Shown here: one piece after another, positions 39,597-50,825 of the stretch | How positions within the stretch are numbered: position 1 is the stretch's first letter | Layout: each line of letters starts with the position of its first letter | Origin: Marsupella aquatica | Taxonomy: Eukaryota > Plantae > Marchantiophyta | Direction: 5' to 3' | Length of the DNA: 64,000 bases | NCBI GenBank assembly: GCA_973895155.1 | Contig: OZ316893.1 | Span: 5,842,171-5,906,170, forward strand | Position numbers and translations under genes: made by a program | Notes under the pieces: model-generated | Told to the model about the DNA's origin: nothing | The model's input: the letters and a program-made list of their open reading frames with translations, nothing else | The model's database searches: none

Positions 39597-42500
39597 AACA
39601 AGAAGCCTTAAAGGGTGAGTAACAAGCCCAAACTCTAAGCACTCTCGTAAAAAAATTGCAGAAACAAAGAAAATGGCAAAAAAGTGGCCAAAAATACTAC
39701 CTGTTTATTGACAAAATTATAAAACAAATTGAAAGTATTAAAATGACACACTTTTTTCACCATCTCCTAATTACAAAATGATCTCAACTTACTTTTGATA
39801 AAATTACTACCTATAATTTTACTATGCCATTTTAGCAATTTTTACCAAAACATGATTTGTATTTTTAACAAACAATCAAATTACCTCCATAATTCATTAG
39901 ACTTGGGAAAAATTCAAATTCATAAAATATGATCTCTTTTTGACTCTCCAACATGCGCCCCTTCACTCTTTGAGGAAGACTTTTCAATGGAAGATGATAT
40001 CTCCATAAATTCACCACCTACGCTTCCAAATGTACCCGTTCTGATCCAAATCAGATCACTCAATGGCTCCTCTTTTACTCTCAACCTGGCTCTCAACATG
40101 CCTGAGTTTGATTTGTTAGGCAACATCTGAATTTCACAAACATATTGACCCAACTGGGCTCCCCCAACCTCTTCTTGGGGACCTCTTCCAAATTCTTATT
40201 CTTCCCCTTCAAGTTAATTTCTTGATATTGATTGGCTTCCAATCTCAGCCAAATGATGCAAGTGTGCCCGGGTGACCTTCTTGTGATGATCCTTTCCTTG
40301 CCGGAATTATTTGCAGCCTCAGTAGGTCTTCTTGTGTCCCCGCTTGTGTCAGCGCTCTTACACCTTCCTGGAATTTGAGAGATGTCAGATGACCATATTC
40401 ACTCTCTCCCCTTGGTGCTTGTTGCAACGCTTGACCTTTCCAAAATGCACAACAATCTGGTTTTGAGACAGGACTTAGTGTTTTTAGAAACTTGTTACAA
40501 TCGGTCTTCATGAATTCATGAGTCCGCTTTCTCAACTGTCCACTATCTTGAAGACCCTTGAGTCGGACACCCAAATTAACACTAGTCTCAACCACATGGG
40601 ATAGAACTTAACGCCCGGGGAGGCTAGTGCTCTCAAATGAGTGAGAAGAACTTAATGTAGACAAAACACACAAAAGAGCAAAAACCCTTTAACTTGAAAC
40701 AAATGAAATAACATGTTTTCATGAATAGAGGACGCCTATTTGAACTTAATTGGTCCTTTCTCTAATTTAAATGAATAAGAAATGCTTAAATCATTTTTCA
40801 ATAATTAAGCCAATCATTTCATGACATAGATGAACAAGTCAAGGAAAAAGTTGAAAAAATTATATTTCCAAAAGTTTTTTATGACACAACACTTTATTAA
40901 TTAGTCTTCTTGGCTACTAGGTGGTATCTTAGTCCTTTGACTTTTTGGCTTGTTGGGCAACTTAGGGCTTCTTTGGGCCTTTTCCCTTCCCCATACCTCC
41001 CTTTACTAGATTGCTCAATTATTAATCTCACAATATTGTTTGGACTACCCAATCCAGTTTACTTGGAGAAATAAATCATTTTTAGGTTTGCATTCCCAAG
41101 TTTCATGAGGATAAACATTGGCATTAAAAACCCATATGTTTTTGCCCACCAGTAAAAACCCATATGTTTTTACCCACCAAGATACGTACTTCCATGACTC
41201 ATGATTGGAGAGTTTGTCTTGTTGACCTACTGTTTCCATATGCTTTTTGGAATATTGGCATTTGGAGCACTTTTTGCTTTTATTTCACCATATTTTTTGC
41301 ATTTCTTGAGATTGAGTGGTTTGTCTTTATCCCCTTTTCTTTCACTTTTGAAGTCTTTCTTTTGGCTATTCTGGAGATTCTCTCCCTAAGATACCTTATT
41401 CTCTTTCATGAATTCATGAAGGGGCTACCACCTGGGAAACTGAGAAACCAAAAGCTTCATGAATTCATGAAGCCCAAAACTGGTTGTGACAAAATACAAA
41501 GGGCAAAGACTGTGTTGCAAGCTCAATGACCTACAAAGGGCTAGGGTAGCCAATTGGCTATGGCAAAGGAGGCTGCGGCCTGGAGAGGGCTATTGCCCCT
41601 CACTTAAGCTCAAGTCGCATCAAGGTGCTGTCATCAGCTGCCGATTGAGGTCAGGCCTAATTTATGGTCTGGGAACGACTGCTAATCTCTGCTGTCGCCT
41701 TCAAAATCCTGAAGCTGAAATTTTGAATTCCTGGTTTGATGTTGATGCTTTGATTGCTGGATTTCACCTGAGTGTTGGACTTTGATTTCTCAGATTTGGT
41801 TATTGAATGAGCTTCTACTGTGATTGACTGCTACTTGAATTAGCTGTGGTAGACTCTGATTCCAATTAGGGGAGATAGCCACAAAGGATCAGGGATAATT
41901 TGTGAAAAATTGAGCTTGAGAGCTAGATCTCAATCGAGCAGACCTAAGGATTGAAGGGGGAGCGAGTGGAGGATGGGAGAGGGAGCAAGGGAGATTGGAA
42001 TGGGATTGATAAGGATTGGAAGGGGATTGGAAGGGGGGCCATTTAGGGATTGGAGGAGGGTGGACAATCGACCGTCAGGGGAACGATCAACCATCAGAGG
42101 GGGATGGAGCACCGGAGGAGGGCAGTCGAGCATCAAGGGGATGATCAAACATTGGAGGGGGAGCGGTAAAAGATCGGGGGGGAGGGTTTAGGATTGGGGA
42201 AGGGTTTCACTAATCAGGGACCAGGGGAGGGCCGATCGGGAATCAAGATTGATCCAGGGAGGATTAAGGGTTGACCAGGCCTGGTCTGGGTCAAAAATGA
42301 GTCCAAGGTGGGTGGATTGGGAGCAGAAGCAAAGAGAACTATCGAGCTTGGGGGAACTAACTGGAGGGAGCTAGGAGGATCAGGTAGCTTCTTTCAGGTG
42401 AGAACCCGGCTTCATGATTTCATGAAGCCAGGTGGCTGCCCAAATCAAACTCGATGTACATTTCAATATTGGTATGGATCAAGAGAGTGGGGAGGACGTG

Positions 42501-42935
42501 AAGCGCACCAGAGTAGAGGGTGCAACAGAAGATGTAACTATTGAGCTAGCTCGGATTGAAGCAAGGATCTTCTAGAAGTGGAGAGGAGGTTAGAGAAGCC
42601 TTAGATTAGTTGAGTTGCATTGTATTTAGAGATTTAGTGGACTTAGATGCACACCTACAATGGATAGTGGCATTCTACTTAAGATTTTGAGTTTGCACAA
42701 ACTCAGATCAAAGACCGTAAATTTTATGTTTGTAATTAAGTATGGATTTGTTATTTTTGGTAATTGTGAAAATGATGTTGAAAATATCCCAAGATTTTCA
42801 TTGAAAGAATTATAATAGCAAAGTTCACAAAACATGTTTCATTTTTATATGTTTTTTTAAAGCACTTTTGGAAAAATCATGAAAATCTTGAAAAAGGAAT
42901 TCGGGCCTTGGACTCATCCCTTAAGGCTCCATGTT
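39597..42935. mobile_element. 3.3-kb non-autonomous TIR element (AACA...TGTT ends, 4-bp TSD) inserted in Bianca RT
   Basis: Imperfect 33-bp TIR AACAAGAAGCCTTAAAGGGTGAGTAACAAGCCC vs revcomp AACATGGAGCCTTAAGGGATGAGTCCAAGGCCC; TSD TGTT at 39593-39596 and 42936-42939. Removal restores GKGFTQQPRIHYDETY. Confidence 0.9.
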
Positions 42936-45900
42936 TGTTGGGTAAATCCTTTCCCTATCAGACGTGCTTTGTAGCGTACAACTTTGCCTTTATCATTTCT
43001 TTTGCGGACGAATGTCCACTTGTAGCCAATGAGGTGTACGTCTTACGGTGTTGGCTCGACTGGGCCAAAAGTGTGTCTGCTTAGTAGGGAATCTAATTCT
43101 CCATTGATAGCTTTCTGCCATTCAGGCCAATCTGGTCTGTTTTGGCATTCTAAGATGGATATTGGTTCTGGTGTCTCGTCAGTGATATGTGTTGCCACCA
43201 TTAATGCAAAAGCATCCTCTATTGAAGTAGTATTTCTATCCCACATCGTACCGGTGTGTGCGTAGTGGATAGAAATCTCTTCATGAGTTGTGGATTCGGT
43301 ATGATCGACATTAGGTGAAGGTGGTATAGATGAACCACGCCTTCTTGGTTGTTTATCCTTTGATCCCAAGGGTCTACCACGTTTGGCACGAGGCTGGGAT
43401 GTATTTGCTGGCTCACTTGATAATTCGATGCGAGCAGATGCTCTCGCAGCTGGAATATGTGAGCGGCTAACTTGTGATGTATTGACGAAAGCGTCGGGAA
43501 GATCTTCCACAATCTTGTGGAGTTGCAAAATTCGTTGAACTTCTTTCTCCCCTTGATTGGTTCTAAGGTCTTGCCAAAATGGCGAGTATCTTTCCCACTC
43601 CAAAGGTGGTTGTGGGTGTTTAGGGGTTATTAATGATGGATAAACATGTTCATCGAAATAACAATCTAGGAATCTAGATTTAAAGATGTCGCCGGTTGTA
43701 GGCTCCATATATCGGATTATGGACGGAGAGTCGAATCCGATGTATATTCCCAACTGCCGTTGGGGTCCCATCTTGGTTCGTTTGGGTGGAGTAATGGGGA
43801 CCATTACTTGACATCCAAATGAACGAAGATGTGATAGGTCAGGTTTGATACCATTAGCGATTTGGTATGGGCTATAGGTATTAAAAGCCGATGGGCGATA
43901 TTGAATTAATGCATTAGCCTGTAATATGGCATGTCCCCATGCTGAGACGGGGAGTTTCGACTATATTAGTAGTGGGCGTGCAATGAGCTGAAGGCGTTTA
44001 ATGACAGCTTCAGCTAATCCATTCGGGAAATGCACGTGGGGTACAGGATATTGTACGTCTATGCCAAGTGATGTGCAAAAGTCATCAAATATTTCAGATG
44101 TGAATTCCCCTGCATTGTCCACCCTGAGTGTCTTAATGGGGTGATCTGGGAATTGTGCTTTCACGCGCAAGATTTGCGCCAAAATGCGAGGCATAACCAT
44201 GTTCCTCGTTGAAAGCAGGGTCACATTTGACCATTTAGTGGATGCATCGATTAATACCATAAAGTAACGGAAAGGTCCGCTTGGTGGGTTAATTGGCCTG
44301 CAAACATTTGCATGGATTATTTCCAAGAATTGGGGTATTTTAGTTGGCAATTTTGATGTCGTGGGCCTTGTTATTAGTTTACCACGTGAGCATGCAGTGC
44401 ATGGGGTGCTCGCTGGAATGTGGCGTGTATTGATTGGAATGCCTCTTGAGTTCTTAATGATTTTGGTTAGCATTGATTGGCCGGGGTGGCCGAGGCGTGC
44501 ATGCCAAAGCGCATGCAATTTGCTTGTGTTGGCATTGTTATGCAGGCATTCAATATGAGTTACATAAAACCCGCAGGGGTACGAGAAAAGGGTTTCTTTA
44601 ATGATTTTCCCCGTAGGGTATTTTCAATCAAGTGGATGACCTCTTGGTCTCTTGTATCGCCTATTTGGACGTGTAGTCCATTTGCTCGTATATCTCTAAA
44701 ACTGAGGAGATTACGAGTTGCGTTCGGGGCGAAAATGGCAGATTCTATGTGTATTTCGGTACCCTGTGGGAGTCTAATAGAAGCTGGGCCGAAGCCCTCT
44801 TCTATTTGGCTAGGACCATTGATAGTGGTCAGGGACTTACGTGAAGGTGTGATCTTATGGAAAAGGTGCCTATCCCGGAGGATAGTATGCGTGGTCGCAC
44901 TATCGATAATACATGTGCTTGGACTATTTAAATCTGGTGTAGTGGAGCTACTTGCCACTAAGTGTGCCTCGGGTTGGACAGGTAGGTCTGAAAAGTCTTG
45001 GAATGGGTCACTAGACTCCATAAACGCCCCGTGGGTTTCACGGGGTGGTGGCCTAGAGGTTTGTCCATCCTGGATGGGCCGTTGGTATAAATCTCTAAGG
45101 TGTTGCAGGATTCTACAGTTTCTCGCTAGGTGGTTTGTCATGCCACATTCATGGCATTTCGGTCGTTCCCGTTGTTGTCGGGATTGTGACCAATCATTTC
45201 TATGGTTGTTGTTATATGTTCTACCACCGCTGCGTCCTCCGCGTCCACCACGTCCACCACGTCCTCCTCGTCCTCCTCGTCCTCCATGTCCTTCTTGTCC
45301 ACCATGTCCTTCACGTCCTCTAAAGGTCCGCTGGGAGTTATATTGTGGACGTTGGTTATAGAAACTCCCCCTATTGTGGGTGTTTCTTTGGTTGCCATTT
45401 TTAGTGCGCTTAATGCCTTGCCTCGATGTGGAGGGTTCAGCATTTTCTATGTTATGGGTTTCATTCTGTTGTCCTGAGGGCAGTGTGCCCGCAGGTCGTT
45501 TTCTAGAGTTTACTAAAAGAAGTTCTTGGTTTCTTTCGGTGACTAGGAGGTGGGCTATGAGCTCGGAGTATTGCCCGAACTTCATGTTTCAATACTTTGT
45601 TGATAGCCACACATTTGATGAATGAAATGTCGACAGGGTCTTCTCTAGCAGATCCTTGTCTATGACCGGCTCGCCACATAGTGCGAGGGTTGATGTTATT
45701 CTAAAGAGTTCGCTATTGTAGGCTGAAATAGAGGTAAAGTCTTGGACTCGTAGGTTTAGCTAGTCTTGCCTGGCTTTAGGTAGTTCGACCAGTTTTTGGT
45801 GGTCGAATTGGGTTTGGAGCGCTGTCCATAGTTCCCGAGGGGTTGAAAGGTGCATGTATTGTCTCTGTAGGAATCTATGGATGTGGCGTCTCAGGAATAC

Positions 45901-45962
45901 TAAGGCCTTCAATTCATTGGCTTTAGTTAACGGGTCTGGTTGGGGTTCGCCAGCTAGTATAG
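42936..45962 (-). pseudogene. Bianca gag (C-terminal part), PR, IN and RT N-terminus
   Basis: KALVFLRRH, LEKTLSTFH, RGG-rich tract, [71 protein letters not shown]. Confidence 0.93.
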
Positions 45963-48273
45963 AACACGATTTCGGACTGAACGAGAACTATTTTCTCTAA
46001 ACAAGAAGTGTATTTTCATTTTCCGCCGAATCTCGCGAAATCGGCAGTTTTTTTCATCAAAAACACGTTTTTGGGAAAATAATGTAATTCGTATCGAAGT
46101 TCGGATTGAAACAGCAAATTTAATAATGATCAAAACCAATGAAATTCATGCTAACAAACATTCAAATTATCAAGGAACAATTAGATCCAAAAAACTTTCT
46201 CCTCAACCTCATATTCACGCTCTCCGAAGATATATGAAAGGTCTTATCTCTAAATCCATATCCATGTTTCAAGCCAAGTGCGATAACTGTATCGGACTCC
46301 GGATTTGAGCCATGAAAGCTCCGACCCAATCTCAGTTTTCTCAGTTTTTGGATATTTACCAAGAATATTTTACATTACAGTCGATAAGAATTACTGCACG
46401 GTTTGTCAAACTTACCTTGCAGTTACCTCCGCAATTGACCAGTTACCTCCGCAAGTGACCATAGTCAACATGCCATTCTTTCAACAGCAATACGCAGTCC
46501 GATAAAATTATCGCGAAAACTACGGGCGACAAAAATACTAGTCGACAATACTAAGATCCTTCGGTTTATCGGTTAAATTTCAAAATTCCTATCCATATGA
46601 AGAAAACTCTTTGCAATACCAACATCAGATAAATTTATCGCTTCAATTTCAAAATTGCAACTTCCATATGAAGGAACCACTTTTGCAATACCAACATCAG
46701 ATAAATTTATCGCTTCAATTTCAAATTGCAACTTCCATATGAAAGAACCACTTTTGCAATACCAACATCAGATAAATTTATCGCTTCAATTTCAAAACTA
46801 TATAATTTTGCCATGATGCATGTGTGAGAATGAAATTGGAAATCCAAGAAATATACCCTTTTCTGCTATTTTGTCGTTTAGGGTGACAGCCAATCAAAAG
46901 TGGACATGTGGGCCAACCCCTCAACAGACACTATAAAAGGGCCACCGCCGATAAGTTTTTGGTGTCATTATCGAGAGTAGAGTTTTGGGAGTTGTGTTCT
47001 TGGAGCAACATTCTGTCCGTTGAGCCTTTCGTTTTCCCTGATTGCGGGAGGAATGCAAAGCCCCATAGTCTTACAACAGAAGTGAGCCTGTTTGTGATAC
47101 TTGTTGTCAAGACGACGACAACAATAGTTACAAGAAAACTCCAAAGAATGTAAACACGCCGTTAACATCAACCTCGAATGAATTGGAACTCCTGCATCAT
47201 TCATTCCGTAGAATTCAATGCGGAGAGGATTCTGCCTATCTCCAGGATCAGTACCACCCATCCACAATGCTCCTATACCGATGGGGAGAAATTTGAGTTG
47301 CACGAGTCTCTTGTACAACCGGCGTGCACGTTTGACACAATTTTCAAGGAAGACAGCCATTTGTCACAATACCTGTTGTCCACGAAGTGCAATCGACCTT
47401 TCATTGTGCCTCCTAAACCCGGCAACACTGCGACATCAGAGATGAAGATGAGTCTCCAAACAAAACAAAGGAAAATGATTCTCACAGGAGGATGCGATAA
47501 GTTTATCGCACTCCACATTCGAATTGAAAATATGACTTCCTCAGACACCTAAGCCCTGAATTCAATCTTTCACAAAAATGATAACTCCGATAAATTTATC
47601 GGATTCTCAATTACTCCTCTTTCCATGAAAGGAATGAAGACTCCGATAAATTTATCGGAATGAAGGCAACACCTCTCTAAACACTGGATCAAATGATTGC
47701 AACAGAGGAATGCAGAATGCAATAAATTTATCGCAGTCCGCTCGGATCTGGACATTTTACACTAAATGACTAGTTAGTCTTACATGGAGAACTTGAACAG
47801 GAATGGCTGTTCCGATAAATTTATCGGGTTTTCGGTAGAAAGAGTCGAATCGCTTGGGAGGAAGTTAAGACTCGATGGGAGTTTGGTATTCGCTCTCAGT
47901 CAGGAGATATTTGCTCTGGCGAAAGCAAATGTTTTATGGGCAGCCTGCTCCTCTTTATATAGGAGACGCTCTAAACCATGGTTAATTTCCCCTTAACCAT
48001 GGTTAAGTTTCCCCTTTACCTGGGTTAGTGCATGGTCGTTCCTGGATTACGTGGTTCGGACCAAGTTACTCGCAGTTCGGACTTTTTCACTGACGGAATG
48101 TAAAACCCGATGCACATATCGCTCCCTGCATTCCCGCGGCGATGCAATGGAGGAAAGTGGCGTTTCGGAGAGTTTTTGCCAGTTTTATCGGTCATTGCAT
48201 TGCCTTAGAAAAAAAATGGGATCGGGCTAAACGAGAACTCCGACACACTTCTCGGTCGGTCCGAAATCGTGTT
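45963..48273. mobile_element. 2.3-kb non-autonomous TIR element (AACA...TGTT ends, 4-bp TSD) inserted in Bianca gag
   Basis: TIR AACACGATTTCGGACTGAACGAGAA vs revcomp AACACGATTTCGGACCGACCGAGAA; TSD ATAG at 45959-45962 and 48274-48277. Removal restores MAQPILAGEPQPDPLTKANELKALVFL. Confidence 0.93.
46575..46797. repeat. ~71-72-bp tandem repeat (~3 units) inside the TIR element
   Basis: TTTGCAATACCAACATCAGATAAATTTATCGCTTCAATTTCAAA recurs at ~46610, ~46682 and ~46753. Confidence 0.9.
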
Positions 48274-48407
48274 ATAGGTTGGGCCATCCCTATGGCTGGG
48301 AGTAGGGTTAGCGAGGTTAGGTTTTCTTTGAGGTTCATGGACCATTCTAGGTAGTTGCCGCCATCGATTTCTAGGGCTGGAAAGGTTAGTTTTTTGAGGT
48401 TGGTCAT
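48274..48407 (-). pseudogene. Bianca gag N-terminus
   Basis: MTNLKKLTFPALEIDGGNYLEW matches the Bianca-type gag start (MsNL.KLeF.ALdi.G.NYL.W). Confidence 0.85.
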
Positions 48408-50086
48408 CTTTAAGGTCCTGGCGTGCAACGGTGGTGTGCGTGTTTATATAATATATATATAGTCAAAAGACAATGCACATTTGCCGCATGCACTGGTGGA
48501 GAAAGGGTTGAGGAAAGCAATCTAAGTCATTGGCAAGTAAAGCAAGAATGATTGGGTTTTTGCAGAATTTAGGTTTTGCACTTAGTAAATTGGTTTTCTT
48601 TGTAAATGTATAACTGCAGGGTTTCCTTTGTATTTGTTATTTCCTTTGTTAAACTGTGCAGTTATCTGGTTGCGCACTTAGGTTTGCAGTTATGGGTGAT
48701 TATTTAGTCGTGCCCTGGTTAAGTGCACATGGTGCTTTGTTAAGTTAATTTCTCATTGTTATGGTGTGCAATAATGGAGGGTTTAGCGGTTAAGTGCGGT
48801 TATGGAGCGTGCACTTAGCGGGTTTGGCTCGGTTCGACGTTCTCTCGATGTTTTGAGCTTTGAGGTTGCGCTATCTCCCTCATTTGCCGCTTCGCTCGAC
48901 CTTCTGATCTCGTTTGCAGTCGTGGCCTTCCGTCTATGGTCCTTATGGTTGCTCTCTATTGCTCATTTCGCCCTCTCGCTGTTTTCGGTGTCTCGCTACT
49001 ATCGGCCCTTCTTTCAAGTGCCCTTTTAATTTTTGTTTCCCATGGAAGTTTAGAATTCGGACGCGCCTCGTGGTTTTGTGAAACACCTTAAATGCGACGC
49101 ATCAGGCTGACCGATCTTCTCAAACGTTTCTCTCTCTCTTTCATTCACTGCTGTTCTCGAGGGTGTGGCCTCTCGCTGCCTTATCGATCTTTTGTATCCC
49201 TGTTCGGCAATCTATCTCCTCATATGAATAACTCGCTCGCGCTCGATCTCTCGTCAAGAAGGCCTCAACTGAAATTGCATCAATTTCTGTTTCGGTCTCT
49301 CGCTGCTGGTGGTCCTTATCTTTCCATTTCAATTCTCCTCCCTCGTAAACTGTCGAATGATTTCTTAATGTTTTCTCTCCCCTCCTTCCTTTGATTTGTG
49401 CAGCGGAGGGATTCTGCTGTCCTTATCAATGCTTCTCTGAAATGGTGCCGAAGTTTTTCTGCTTCAGCAATTGAACCTCCTCTGGGGCTGAGCTAGCGCG
49501 AGAGCAGAGAAGTTCACCTTCTGTTAGCAGTCATGCGTTCCAGGGCTCTCTATCTTCTCCTCTTGACTTCTCGATCCTCGTTTGTCTAATTTAATTCATT
49601 CTCACCTTGCTCCTTCGTAAGCTTTTTGTCCTCCGCCTATGGGCAACGATCCAGTTCTCACCTCGTTTCACCTCGTTTCTCGCCTTCTGGTTCTGCTTCT
49701 TCTAATTCACGTTATTATTGCTGGGGCGCTCTCGTTTTTCCTTCCTTCCTTCAGTAAGAAAAACTATCGCGGGTCTTATCTGCGCTGCGCTCCTAGTCCG
49801 ATTTTGCCTCGACCTTCAACCTTCAATCGATCGCTCCAATCTCCTCTGATCTCTGTAGGCTTTTCAAAGTTTCTTCGCTTCTTTCCGATCTCTTTTCTTC
49901 TCTCTCGATTCTCCTCCAATGAGTCCGAATCGGTGTCTCTTTGTTTTTCTGCCCTCGACTCTCTGATCTTGGATCCAATGTCTTTGTGCTCCTTAGATGT
50001 TAAAGTCGTCCTCTCAATCCCCATTCAAAAAAAAATTCAATCTTCCCTGGTCTTCTCCTTTCTATCTCGCTCCGCTGGCTGAGGCT

Positions 50087-50100
50087 TCGTGCTGATAACG
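50087..50100 (-). promoter_or_regulatory. Primer-binding site complementary to a half tRNA-Ile (anticodon arm)
   Basis: + strand TCGTGCTGATAACG equals the tRNA-Ile(AAU) anticodon arm TCGTGCTAATAACG with G at the wobble position. It abuts the 5' LTR. Confidence 0.85.
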
Positions 50101-50225
50101 TGTTAAGGTAAGAATGAGAATCAGTACTGTATAATCTGGTAATGGTTGTACATATAGTGGTGCCGGTCCGGTGACTGGCTGGTCTGGGCTGGTCTGGTCG
50201 TCCGGTCACTAGGTAGAGTCTAACA
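50101..50225 (-). repeat. 5' LTR (125 bp) of Bianca element
   Basis: TGTTAAGG...GTCTAACA, followed by TSD ATGTG. Confidence 0.95.
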
Positions 50226-50825
50226 ATGTGCACAATTTGTTACTGATTTGAGTGTCACTAAAACAAGTTTAAATTCTTATTTGCTCAAGTTTTCTATACT
50301 TGTGCACTTGTACTTTTACCGTCATTATGTAACATTGTACTTTTATTTGACATATGTAACATTGTACTTTTATTTGACATGTGTTGTAATAAATACCATG
50401 CAAGAATCATTTACGCGGCACTACAAGACAGAAAAATCATCATGCTATATACAAGGGAATCGAATACTCAATTGAGAAGTGAACACAGCCAGTCAAACCC
50501 TTCATCACTACACGCAAAAGGTCAACATTATTCAAACGTCTAATGCACCATGTACATGGGCACTTCTCTACAGAAAATTACCGACAATTAATTTATTGAA
50601 AAAGTAGTCTACTGGGATCGAGTGGCGGGGCAGGCGGGCCTTGCTTTTCGATCCAATGCACGAGACAGATAGTCATATACAGACGAAAATAAAGGAAGGG
50701 TATGCGCGTTGCTTTCATCCAGTTCACGAGATGTGTCGTGGACGCACAAGTGGCCACCTCCGTTTGATTCAATCCAGTTCACGAAAAGTGATCAGGGTTC
50801 TAATACCAATGTGTCCAAGTGTAGC

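Larger units (their letters stand above)
35662..50225 (-). mobile_element. Ty1/copia LTR retrotransposon, Bianca lineage, with three nested insertions
   Basis: Short LTRs (50101-50225 intact; 35662-35740 plus 37735-37770 split); TSD ATGTG at 35657-35661 and 50226-50230; PBS GTTATCAGCACG; RH motifs SSNHSEILALHEASRE and IKGDRLKHIAPKFFYTHEL, typical of Bianca. Confidence 0.95.

Noticed and set aside
44477-45361. 294-aa plus-strand ORF with PRP repeats
   Set aside because: Antisense shadow of the Bianca gag-PR frame (RGG tract).
46575-46797. ~72-bp repeats as CRISPR-like
   Set aside because: The whole unit repeats with no variable spacer; eukaryotic TE context and no cas genes.
49639-50082. 147-aa hydrophobic ORF as an env-like gene
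   Set aside because: Antisense to the element and explained by the C/T-rich composition of the leader.
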